Below are positions 1-9,034 of a DNA stretch of 64,000 bases, in pieces. A program made the position numbers and the translations under genes. The notes under the pieces were generated by a model. That model did not search any database. It was not told the origin of the DNA and was given only the letters and a program-made list of their open reading frames with translations. The stretch covers positions 33,807 to 97,806 of the forward strand of contig CAZEBA010000006.1 in the NCBI GenBank assembly GCA_964510615.1. The letters run 5' to 3'. Source of the DNA: an uncultured Gemmatimonadota bacterium (lineage in GTDB: Bacteria; Gemmatimonadota; Gemmatimonadetes; Palauibacterales; Palauibacteraceae). Positions within the stretch are counted from its first letter, which is position 1; the number at the start of each line of letters is the position of its first letter.

Positions 1-59
1 TCATTCGACCCGCAGCGCGGCTCGATGGTTGCCCGCGAAACCCTGGGATGACGACGCTC

Positions 60-368
60 TCAGTCCTCCGAGTCGCGGCGGTCCGCGCCGGCCGCGATCC
101 GGGTTCGCGAGCCCGGTATGGCCTCGATCAGCGATTCGGCAAAATTCTGGCGTTCCTCCAGCAGGTTCAACCGATCAGACAGGTTCGCCAGCGCCGTCGT
201 CAGGTGCTCGACATCGTTGCCCGTGCGGCCCTCGCGTCGGTCCTTGAGCATCTGTTCCAACAATGCCGCTCCCTGCTTCGACAGCGGTTTGAGCAGAATG
301 ACGGCGCCCACCGTCAGGATCAGAATGACCGCAATGATCATGGGCGCGAGGATTTCCAGTGACTCCAT
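60..368 (-). CDS. Small membrane-anchored coiled-coil hypothetical protein
   Basis: ATG at 368 with GGAGG RBS; N-terminal TM (LAPMIIAVILILTVGAVILL) followed by heptad-like LSDRLNLLEERQNF. Confidence 0.7.
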   Translation of the reverse strand: MESLEILAPMIIAVILILTVGAVILLKPLSKQGAALLEQMLKDRREGRTGNDVEHLTTALANLSDRLNLLEERQNFAESLIEAIPGSRTRIAAGADRRDSED

Positions 369-450
369 CGAGTATCTCCTCCGCATCTCGCCGTACCTGA
401 ACGCGCCCTCCCTGGATCGGGCTCGGCCATCCCTACGGCCGTTGCGCAAT

Positions 451-1314
451 CTAGGAGTCATCGGGCACCGCCGCCCGGGCGACGACCCAAGGAGACACGG
501 CCACCATGACTGCAGCGACCAGCAGACCCGCCGTGGCGTCCACCGCGTAATGAAAGCCGCCCCACACGGTCCCTATGACCAGCGTCACTACCGGAACGGC
601 CGTGAGGAAGAACGGTCGCGCGTCTTCGCGGGCAGCGGCGATCCAGGCCGCGCACGTGGCAGCGACGTGAGAACTCGGAAACGCGGTGCCCTTCGACGAG
701 CCGCCGGCCAGCAGGTCCCGCGCGAACCGGTAGAGCGTTCCCTCCTCGAGGGGGCCCTGGAGAGCCCCGAACCAGTAGCGGGGTCCCATGACCGGGAAGA
801 GGAGGAACCATACGTAGCAGAAGACGAAGGCGAGGAAGACCGTCACGGCGAACCGGTGAAACCCGGCGCGGCCGCCGGCTCTCCAGGCGGCGATGGCGAG
901 GCCGGGGATGAGGAAATAGTACGTCAGATACCCCAGGATCAGGAACTCCGACAGCCAGAGCGCGGGCAACCGCGCTGCCAGGTGCTGGCTGATTTGCGAC
1001 TCGAAGACCGCCACCTCCCAACCCTGCACCACCGGATCGTGGTAGCCGGCGGTGTAGAACCGGTTCAGCACCGACAGCTCGTGGTAGAGCAGCGGCGTCG
1101 CGATCACCGGATACAGCAGCCGAAAGAACGTGGCCACCCGGCCGACGGGCAGCGGGCGCCGTGCCAGCCGAAGGATGAGGAAGATCGCCAGGCCGTGGAG
1201 CGCCGCCAGCATCAGGCCCGGCCGTCCGCCTCCCAGGGCGAAGAGCCCACTCAGGGCAAGGTAGCCGATCGCCGCACGATCGATCGCCAGCGGTCGAGCC
1301 GACCGTTCGATCAC
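451..1314 (-). CDS. PAP2-family membrane phosphatase/phosphotransferase (Aur1/IPC-synthase-like)
   Basis: FPVMGPRY, AFPSSHVA and HYAVD motifs; multiple TMs; GTG start overlaps upstream TGA (GTGA). Confidence 0.8.
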   Translation of the reverse strand: MIERSARPLAIDRAAIGYLALSGLFALGGGRPGLMLAALHGLAIFLILRLARRPLPVGRVATFFRLLYPVIATPLLYHELSVLNRFYTAGYHDPVVQGWEVAVFESQISQHLAARLPALWLSEFLILGYLTYYFLIPGLAIAAWRAGGRAGFHRFAVTVFLAFVFCYVWFLLFPVMGPRYWFGALQGPLEEGTLYRFARDLLAGGSSKGTAFPSSHVAATCAAWIAAAREDARPFFLTAVPVVTLVIGTVWGGFHYAVDATAGLLVAAVMVAVSPWVVARAAVPDDS

Positions 1315-2273
1315 GATCTGCCCAGCCAGCCGACGCGGCGGTACCACTCGACGCTTCGAGCCAACCCCTCGCGCAGGCCGACGTCGGCCTGCCAGCCGAA
1401 CGCCTCCCTGGTCGGGGTCGTGTCGCAGCTCCACGAGTGCCGGCTCAGGTCGACCGCGTTGCGCCCGTCGAGCGGCGGATCCCTGCGCGCCACCCTGGCG
1501 CCGGCCTCCATGAGCCGGCCGGCGAGGATGAAGGCGGTCTTGGGAAGCCAAACGATCCGGACGCGTCGGGCGAGCGCGGACGCGAGACCGTCCCTCACCT
1601 CGCGCCAACCGTACCGGCCCTCCTCGGCGACCGGATAGGGACCGACCTCTACGGATGCGCGGGTGCCCACCTCGACTGTCAGGCGAGCGACGTCCTTCAC
1701 GTACACCGGCTGAAGCGCCGGGCCACCGGCCGGCGCGACCAGCCAGCCGCGATTCGCCGATTCGAACAGGGGGAGCAGGTCCGTGTCGCGGGGCCCGTAG
1801 ACCCCGCCCGGACGGAGCACGACCACCTCCATCCGGCCCTCGAACAGTCGAACGAGATCCTCACCCCGCCGCTTGCTCAGCCCGTACGCGCTGACCGGAC
1901 CGCTTCCCCCGTCCGGCCCCCGCGCGGCCAGGCTGCTGAGGAGGACGAACCGGGAGACACCGGCGGCGACGGCGGCTTCCGCCAGCCGTCCCGCTCCGGT
2001 CGCGTTCACCTGGAAGTACGTGGCTTCCCGTCGCGCCCTGGTAACGCCGGCGACGTGCACGACGACCTCGATCTTGTCCAGCGCCGCCATCAGGCCCTCT
2101 CTATCCCGCGCATCCCAGTTCACGCGCTCGACCTCGAGGCCATCGATCCAGCGCGTGTCGCTGGTGGCGCGGAGGCTGCAACGCACCTGGTGGCCCGCTT
2201 CCTCCCAGGCCGCCGCTACGTGGCTTCCGACAAAGCCGGTCGCTCCGGTTACGAGCACTCTTCGGGGAGCCAT
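1311..2273 (-). CDS. NAD-dependent epimerase/dehydratase, candidate ceramide reductase (CerR-like)
   Basis: VTGATGFVG, SSLAA, YGLSK, RPGGVYGP; TGATG coupling to upstream GNAT gene. Confidence 0.8.
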   Translation of the reverse strand: MAPRRVLVTGATGFVGSHVAAAWEEAGHQVRCSLRATSDTRWIDGLEVERVNWDARDREGLMAALDKIEVVVHVAGVTRARREATYFQVNATGAGRLAEAAVAAGVSRFVLLSSLAARGPDGGSGPVSAYGLSKRRGEDLVRLFEGRMEVVVLRPGGVYGPRDTDLLPLFESANRGWLVAPAGGPALQPVYVKDVARLTVEVGTRASVEVGPYPVAEEGRYGWREVRDGLASALARRVRIVWLPKTAFILAGRLMEAGARVARRDPPLDGRNAVDLSRHSWSCDTTPTREAFGWQADVGLREGLARSVEWYRRVGWLGRS

Positions 2274-3436
2274 CAGCGCAGCGGCATCTCGTACAAGCGG
2301 TAGCGCTTGTAGACATGCGCCCCCATGCGGTCCAGCGCCCTCAGCATCGGCGCGTTGTCCTCCAGCACCCAGGAGAACTCTCCCTGGACGATGCCCTGAG
2401 AGTTGCCCCCCCGGAAGATCCCGAGGTAGAACAGCGCATCCAATCCCTTGCCCCGGTACTCTTCCCGCACGCCCAGCGTGAGCACGCGCAGGCGGTCGAC
2501 CTTCCGCCGAAGCCACAGCGCCTTCAGAACGCCGAACGGGAAGAGCCGACCGTCCAGGTGCCTCAGCACCTGATTGAGGTCAGGCAGAGCCAGCGCGAAG
2601 CCGACCGGTCGACCGGCGGGATCCTCGCCGATCAGCGTAAGGCGCGGATCGACCACCGGTCTCAGCTCCTTCGCCATGTGGTCGATCTCTTCGTCCGTCA
2701 TCGGGACGAACCCCCAGTTCTTCTCCCAGGCCGAGTTGTAGATGTCGCGCACGATCTCGAGATCCCGAGCGAAGTGCCGCCGGCTCAGCGGCCGCACGGT
2801 CACTCCGGTTCTCCGCTCGACCAGGCTCGCGGCCCGAACCAAGTACTCGGGCGGCTCCGCCGCGCGCAGGAAGTAGGCGACGAGGGTCTTGGCGGGACGC
2901 AGCCCGTACCGGATGAGCTGGTCCTCGTAGTACGGTGGGTTGTAGTTCATCAGCACGGCGGGAGGATCGTCGAAACCCTCCACCAGCGTGCCTACCTGCT
3001 CGTTGGTCGAGAAGCTCGCCGGGCCTCGCATCGACTGCAGCCCCCGCTCGCGCAGCCAGGCGGCCGCCGCGTCCAGCAGGGCGGTCGCCGTATCGTCGGC
3101 CGGCTCGCACTCATAGAAGCCGAAGAAGCCGACTGCCTCGCCCTGGAACTCGATGTGGCGGCGGTTGTGGATGGCGGCAATCCGGCCGACCGGCACCCCG
3201 GCCCGCAAGGCCAGGAAGCTCCGGACCTCGGAATGACGGTGAAACGGATGCCGTTCGGGGTCCATCATCGCCCGCATGTCTCGCAGCAGCGGCGGTACCC
3301 AGCAGGGGTCGTCCTGGTAGATCGACCAGGGCAGCCGGATGAACGCCTCCATGGCATCGCTCTTCGGTGGCACGGGGAGCACGGTGACCATGGGTCGGTC
3401 CGCGGGAGGGATGTGGTCCGCCACCGGTCGGGTCAC
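2273..3436 (-). CDS. GNAT-fold acyltransferase, candidate bacterial ceramide synthase (bCerS-like)
   Basis: FIRLPWSIYQDDPCWVPPL, GRIAA, GFFGFYE, NWGFVP, YRGKG, SWVLEDN; directly downstream of spt. Confidence 0.8.
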   Translation of the reverse strand: MTRPVADHIPPADRPMVTVLPVPPKSDAMEAFIRLPWSIYQDDPCWVPPLLRDMRAMMDPERHPFHRHSEVRSFLALRAGVPVGRIAAIHNRRHIEFQGEAVGFFGFYECEPADDTATALLDAAAAWLRERGLQSMRGPASFSTNEQVGTLVEGFDDPPAVLMNYNPPYYEDQLIRYGLRPAKTLVAYFLRAAEPPEYLVRAASLVERRTGVTVRPLSRRHFARDLEIVRDIYNSAWEKNWGFVPMTDEEIDHMAKELRPVVDPRLTLIGEDPAGRPVGFALALPDLNQVLRHLDGRLFPFGVLKALWLRRKVDRLRVLTLGVREEYRGKGLDALFYLGIFRGGNSQGIVQGEFSWVLEDNAPMLRALDRMGAHVYKRYRLYEMPLR

Positions 3437-3483
3437 GGACCGGCCAGCGGCGGCGTGGGCGTACCGGCTAGGACCACCCCGAC

Positions 3484-4665
3484 CTACACCACTTGGAGCT
3501 TCTTGCCGATCCGCTCGATGTTCTCGAGAACGAAGTCCAGCTGATCATCGGTGTGGGTGGCCATGTAGCTCGTGCGGAGCCGGCAGCTTCCCTCCGGCAC
3601 CGCGGGTGGCACGACCGGGTTCGTGAACACGCCGGCGTCGAACAGATCGCGCCAGAAGCGGAACGTCTTGTCCATCGGTCCGACGAGAATCGGGATGATC
3701 GGAGTCTCGGTGGGCCCGATCTCGAACCCGATGGTCCGCAGTCCCTCCCGCATCTTTCCGGTGTTACGCCACAGTTGCTCGCGCCGCTCCGGCTCGGCGC
3801 GAATGATCTCGAGCGCCTTCAGGACGGTAGCCACCGCCGTCGGCGGCATGCTGGCGCTGAAGATCAGGGCGCGGGCGTTGTTGCGGAGATACTCGCAGAT
3901 GGTGTCGGTGCCGGCCACGAACCCGCCGATCGAGGCGAACGACTTCGAGAACGTGCCGGTGATGAGGTCGACACGGTCCGTGAGGCCGAAGTGAGCCGCG
4001 GTTCCGTCGCCGTTCGGCCCGACCACCCCGAGGGAGTGCGCATCATCCACCACCAGGCCCGCTCCGAACTCGTCCCGCAGCTCGACGAGGGCGGGAAGGT
4101 TCGCCAGATCGCCTTCCATGCTGTACACGCCGTCGACGGCGATGAGCTTCCCCCGCCCGTCCCTCTCGGCGGCCAGCATCTGCCGCAGCTTGCCGTAATC
4201 GCCGTGCGTGAAGCGCTGCACCTGACCGAAGCCGAGGCGCGCTCCGTCCTGGATGCAGGCATGGTCGAGCTTGTCCACGTACACCGTATCGTTCCGCCCG
4301 ATCAGCGCCGAGAGGGTCCCGAGGTTCGTCAGGTATCCGGTGCTGAACACGAGCGCTGCTTCCTTGCCCACGAAGTCGGCCAGTTCGTTCTCCAGCCGGT
4401 CGTGCAGATCCAGGTTGCCGTTGAGAAACCGGCTCCCGGTGTTGCCGCTTCCATATCGCTCCAGGGCCTCCCTGGCGGCCTCCAGGATCCTTGGATCGTG
4501 GGTGAGGCCCATGTAGTTGTTGGACCCCACCATCACCTTTCGCTCGCCGTTGATCACGACGGTGGTGTCACACGACTCCTGGATCGGCTGGAAGTACGGA
4601 TACAGACCGATCGCGCGAAGCTCGCGGGAGGTGGTGAAGTTCTCGCACTTAGCGAAAACGTGCAT
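3484..4665 (-). CDS. spt: Serine palmitoyltransferase (alpha-oxoamine synthase family, PLP)
   Basis: GLYPYF, GSNNYMGL, GSRFLNG, DDAHSLG, GTFSKSFAS PLP-lysine motif; context with bCerS/CerR-like genes. Confidence 0.8.
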   Translation of the reverse strand: MHVFAKCENFTTSRELRAIGLYPYFQPIQESCDTTVVINGERKVMVGSNNYMGLTHDPRILEAAREALERYGSGNTGSRFLNGNLDLHDRLENELADFVGKEAALVFSTGYLTNLGTLSALIGRNDTVYVDKLDHACIQDGARLGFGQVQRFTHGDYGKLRQMLAAERDGRGKLIAVDGVYSMEGDLANLPALVELRDEFGAGLVVDDAHSLGVVGPNGDGTAAHFGLTDRVDLITGTFSKSFASIGGFVAGTDTICEYLRNNARALIFSASMPPTAVATVLKALEIIRAEPERREQLWRNTGKMREGLRTIGFEIGPTETPIIPILVGPMDKTFRFWRDLFDAGVFTNPVVPPAVPEGSCRLRTSYMATHTDDQLDFVLENIERIGKKLQVV

Positions 4666-4735
4666 GACGTGTGACCTTTCCGATGCCGGAACGAAGCACG
4701 GGAAGCTACCCGAGGCGAGAGGCTGCTGCAATCGG

Positions 4736-6235
4736 ATGAGGGGGAGATACCGAGACGCCTTCGTCGTAGGCTCCGGACCCAACGGTCTCGCAGCGGCGAT
4801 CGTTCTCGCCGAGGCCGGCCGGACTGTGCGGGTGTACGAAGCAGCCCCCGTTCCCGGGGGCGGCACGCGCACCGCGGAGCTGACCCTTCCGGGCTTTCGT
4901 CACGACGTCTGCTCGGCGATCCATCCGCTCGGCTTCGCCTCGCCCATCTTCCGCACGTTCGACCTGGAGTCGCACGGCCTCCGTTGGATCCACCCCCCTG
5001 CTCCCTTGGCCCATCCGCTCGACGATGGCACGGCGGTCCTGCTGGAGCGCTCCCTGCTCGATACCGCCGAGGGGCTCGGAGCGGACGGCAGTGCGTACCA
5101 GCGCCTGTTCCGGCCGCTTGCCGAAGGATGGGAGGAGTTGGCCCCGGACGTGTTGGCACCACGCGGCTTCCCCCGACATCCTCTGCGGCTCGCCCGGTTC
5201 GGACGGCTTGCCGTTCGGGCGGCCGCGTCGGTGGCGGCGCGGTTCGAGGGCGTGCGGGCGCGCGCACTCCTCGCGGGTCTGGCGGGGCACTCTGTGCTGC
5301 CTCTCGAAAGGCGCCCGAGTAGCGCCATCGCGCTCGTTCTCGGAGCCCTCGGACACGCCGTCGGATGGCCCTTCCCCGAAGGCGGATCACAGCGGATCGC
5401 CGATGCTCTCCTCTCCGTCCTGCTGGGACTCGATGGCGAGATCGTCACGGAGCGGCCGGTGAAGCGACTCGACGATCTGCCCCAGCATGCCCTCAAGCTG
5501 CTGTGCGTGACCCCGCGTCAGCTGCTCGAGCTGGCGGCCGGGCGCTTGCCCGACCGGTACGGAAGCCGGCTCGCGCGCTTCGCGTACGGTCCGGGCGTCT
5601 CCAAGGTCGACTGGGCGCTCAGCGATCCGATCCCGTGGCGCGCCGCGGAATGCGGCCGGGCCGCCACCGTACACCTCGGCGGGACGATGGAGGAGATCGC
5701 CGCGGCGGAGCGAGACGCCTGGAACGGGCGTGTGCCCGATCGGCCCTTCGTCCTGCTGGCGCAGCAAACCCTGTTCGATCCGACGCGCGCACCCGACGGG
5801 AAGCATACAGGCTGGGCCTATTGCCACGTGCCACGCGGCAGCGAGGAGGAGATGGCGGAGCGGATCGAGGCTCAGGTCGAGCGCTTCGCGCCGGGCTTCC
5901 GGGACTGCATCCTCGAACGGAGCGTGTTGGGACCGAGCGCCCTCGAGTCGATGAACGCGAACCTGATCGGTGGCGACATCTCGGGCGGCGCCAACACCCT
6001 CCTCCAGACCCTGGCGAGGCCGTTCCCGAAGCGGGATCCGTACGCGACCCCGATTCCGAGAGTGTACCTCTGTTCCTCGTCCACTCCGCCGGGAGGAGGG
6101 GTGCACGGGATGTGTGGGTATCACGCGGCTCGTTCGGCCCTGGCGGACGAACCACTCATTCCTCGGCCAGGGCGGGGGGAGTACCCGTCCAGATATTCAC
6201 CGCCTCCGGACGTCTGGCCAGCGACGGCTGAATGA
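4736..6235 (+). CDS. Phytoene desaturase-related NAD(P)/FAD oxidoreductase
   Basis: VVGSGPNGLAAA dinucleotide motif, HDVCSAIHP, STPPGGGVHGMCG. Confidence 0.85.
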   Translation: MRGRYRDAFVVGSGPNGLAAAIVLAEAGRTVRVYEAAPVPGGGTRTAELTLPGFRHDVCSAIHPLGFASPIFRTFDLESHGLRWIHPPAPLAHPLDDGTAVLLERSLLDTAEGLGADGSAYQRLFRPLAEGWEELAPDVLAPRGFPRHPLRLARFGRLAVRAAASVAARFEGVRARALLAGLAGHSVLPLERRPSSAIALVLGALGHAVGWPFPEGGSQRIADALLSVLLGLDGEIVTERPVKRLDDLPQHALKLLCVTPRQLLELAAGRLPDRYGSRLARFAYGPGVSKVDWALSDPIPWRAAECGRAATVHLGGTMEEIAAAERDAWNGRVPDRPFVLLAQQTLFDPTRAPDGKHTGWAYCHVPRGSEEEMAERIEAQVERFAPGFRDCILERSVLGPSALESMNANLIGGDISGGANTLLQTLARPFPKRDPYATPIPRVYLCSSSTPPGGGVHGMCGYHAARSALADEPLIPRPGRGEYPSRYSPPPDVWPATAE

Positions 6236-6319
6236 TGGAAGATAAGCCCGGATCACTGGACTCCCCTGGCGCGAAGGTGAGCGCGCAGGATTCTGGCTAG
6301 CGGTCGAAAGGAGCGCACG

Positions 6320-7840
6320 ATGGAGACCTGGAGCCGCCGGGATTTCGTCTCGGTCGCCGGGAGCGGCCTGCTCGGAGCCGGCATCGTCGGCCCGCCAGGC
6401 GTCTGGCCCGACGAGCGGGCGATGGCGCGGGCGGAGAGCCGAACGGACAGCGTCCAGCTGCTTCGGGCCGAGCAACGAGGGCGCCGCGCACGGCTTCCGC
6501 AGCCAGCCGCCTATCATCGGCTCCCGCTATCATGGTACCAGGCCAAGGTCCGGCAACTGAAGGACGCCGCCAGGGAGCGTGGCGTCGACAGCGGGCTGTT
6601 CCTCACCCGGCGCTGGAACATCATCTATGCCACCGGGCTCTTCCACTCGACCACCGAGCGCCCGTTCGCGTGCTTCCTGCCCATGGACGACGACGATGCG
6701 CTCATCTGGCTCAACCCCTATCTGGACCAGCAGCTCGTCAACGACTGGTGGACGACCGAGTCCAGCTCCTACTTCGACTATCATCACGCCCGAGGCGCCT
6801 TCCCGAGCCGGGGCGAGGTCATTCAGGGGGATACGGTCAATCTCTATCGCTGGTGGGGGGAGACGCTCGCTTCGCTGGGCTACGGGCGGGGAACGATCGG
6901 CATCGACGGCAGCGGCCTGGCAGAGATCGGGGTCCTCCCCGGGCAGGAGAACGCGGCCCGCCTCGACATGTCGGGAGAGATCACAGCACCCGAGAAGAAG
7001 CGGCCGGAAGGCGGAACATGGGGCGAGATGGCAGCGGCCCTGCCTGACGTCTGGTTCATCGACATCAACGACATCATGATCCGCAGCCGCATCGTAAAGG
7101 ACGAGGCGGAGACCCGGCTGACACAGCGGGCGATGGACTACTGGTCGGAGATCCAGGCCTTCGCCCGCGACTATCTGCTCGAGCGCGGGCTGGAGGCCGT
7201 CGACTGGGAGGTCGCCAACGCCGCCCGGCTGTGGGGAACCGACCGAATCATGCGGGATGTCTCGCACAGCGGTCTGCCCCACGACGCGGTGGGAATCTCC
7301 GTCGGGGTCGGCTGCCGGACCGGTCGCCCGACGGCGTATCCGCACCCGAACCAGATGTTCTGGAAGCAGGTCGAGACCGGCGACGCGCTTCAGATCTCGG
7401 GTGTCGTCCGTGTAGGAGGGTACGGAGGTGAGCTGTACCGCTCCTTCCTGGTCGCGCCGTGGACAGAGTGGCAGGAACGCGTCTGGGAGGTCCACACCCG
7501 CTGTTATGAGATCCAGGCCGAGGAATCCTACGCAGGCAATCTGTGCTCGAACGTCGCCAAGGCGGTACACGACTATCAAGTGGAGCAGGGGATGGAGCGC
7601 CTTGTTTACCATCGTCCCGGACATGGCGAGGGGATGGAAGGTCATCAGCCACCCTACCACGCCCTCGGCGACTACACGGTCATGCAGGAGGGGATGCACT
7701 TCTCCAACGAGCCGGGCCTCTACGATCCCGAGCACGGCTTCGGCTTCAACCACTCCAACAACATCCTGGTCGCCCGAGACGCGGGCCTCCAGATGGGAAC
7801 CACACCGGTGACGAAGGAGTGGTGCTTCCTCGAGCTTTAG
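6320..7840 (+). CDS. Tat-exported M24/creatinase-family hydrolase
   Basis: SRRDFV twin-arginine signal; pita-bread fold motifs HRPGHGEG, NEPGLY. Confidence 0.8.
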   Translation: METWSRRDFVSVAGSGLLGAGIVGPPGVWPDERAMARAESRTDSVQLLRAEQRGRRARLPQPAAYHRLPLSWYQAKVRQLKDAARERGVDSGLFLTRRWNIIYATGLFHSTTERPFACFLPMDDDDALIWLNPYLDQQLVNDWWTTESSSYFDYHHARGAFPSRGEVIQGDTVNLYRWWGETLASLGYGRGTIGIDGSGLAEIGVLPGQENAARLDMSGEITAPEKKRPEGGTWGEMAAALPDVWFIDINDIMIRSRIVKDEAETRLTQRAMDYWSEIQAFARDYLLERGLEAVDWEVANAARLWGTDRIMRDVSHSGLPHDAVGISVGVGCRTGRPTAYPHPNQMFWKQVETGDALQISGVVRVGGYGGELYRSFLVAPWTEWQERVWEVHTRCYEIQAEESYAGNLCSNVAKAVHDYQVEQGMERLVYHRPGHGEGMEGHQPPYHALGDYTVMQEGMHFSNEPGLYDPEHGFGFNHSNNILVARDAGLQMGTTPVTKEWCFLEL

Positions 7841-7854
7841 CGGGGGACCGAAGG

Positions 7855-9018
7855 ATGGACGACCCCATCGCGCTCGCGGCCGGACGGTCTCCGCAGCCGG
7901 ACGCGGCATCCCGCGCAGACAGACGGCACGCACGAGGCCGGCTCCGGGAGCGTGCCGGCCGGACCCTCTTGCTGACGGCTGCGGCCGTCCTGCCCGGCGT
8001 TCCGAACCCGGGCGGCGCCCTGGGAGCGAGCGTGACCGGGCCGGAAATCCGAGCCCCCGCCGGGACCGCCGACACGATCGACACGGAGACCGGTTCCCGG
8101 CCCGACGTCGTGGTCAGCTGGGAACCGGCAAGCCCCAATGATGGGACCGCGCTCGCCGTTACCGTCGAAGTGCCCGCGTCGATCGAACAGCCGGTGGAGG
8201 TGACGGCCGAGTTCGACGGCCGCCCGGTCCACATCGGGCGCCTCGGAGACCACTGGTTCGGCCTCGTCGCCCTGCCCACCGAGCGGACCGGGCCGATGAA
8301 CTTGGTGGTCTCGGTCGCGAGCCCGCCAGACCCGCCCGTCACGCAGCAGTGGAGCGTGCCGGTACGCCCTCGCAGCTACTCGGAGACCGAGCTCAGCGTG
8401 GCCCCGCGGTTCACCAGCCCGCCGCCCGAGGTGATGGAGCGCATCGAGCGGGAGCGGGAGCTCGTTCGCTCAACGCTCCAGACGGTGACGCCGGAATGGC
8501 TGATCGACGGCAACTTCGTCCGGCCGCGCAACACCCGCATCACGAGCCCGTTCGGTCAAAAGCGCGTGTTCAACGGCGAGCTGCAGAGCCGGCACTGGGG
8601 GGTCGATCTCGCAGGCGAAGTCGGAGCTCCGGTCCGGGTGGCGGGCCGGGGACGGATCGCGATCGCCCGCGACCTCTACTATGCAGGCAATGCCATCTAC
8701 GTGGACCACGGGCTCGGTGTCTTCAGCGGCTACTATCACCTCTCCGAGATCGAGGTCACGGAGGGCGAGCTGGTGGAGCGGGGTCAGTTGATCGGACGCG
8801 TCGGCGCCACCGGACGCGTCACGGGCCCCCATCTGCACTGGAGCTTCTTCGCCGGTGGTGAACGGCTCGACGCCGGCAGCGTGCTCGAGATCCGCATTCC
8901 CGCAGCGCCGACACCCCCGGCTGCCGACGCCTCGCCTCCGACTCCCGACCAGGCGCCCCGGGAGGGCGGCGGAACGGCGGCGGATTCGACCTTCACTACC
9001 ACCCCGAAACAGGAATGA
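7855..9018 (+). CDS. M23 family metallopeptidase
   Basis: HWGVD and TGPHLH motifs; start uncertain. Confidence 0.85.
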   Translation: MDDPIALAAGRSPQPDAASRADRRHARGRLRERAGRTLLLTAAAVLPGVPNPGGALGASVTGPEIRAPAGTADTIDTETGSRPDVVVSWEPASPNDGTALAVTVEVPASIEQPVEVTAEFDGRPVHIGRLGDHWFGLVALPTERTGPMNLVVSVASPPDPPVTQQWSVPVRPRSYSETELSVAPRFTSPPPEVMERIERERELVRSTLQTVTPEWLIDGNFVRPRNTRITSPFGQKRVFNGELQSRHWGVDLAGEVGAPVRVAGRGRIAIARDLYYAGNAIYVDHGLGVFSGYYHLSEIEVTEGELVERGQLIGRVGATGRVTGPHLHWSFFAGGERLDAGSVLEIRIPAAPTPPAADASPPTPDQAPREGGGTAADSTFTTTPKQE

Positions 9019-9034
9019 ATCGCAGGCGTCGAAG

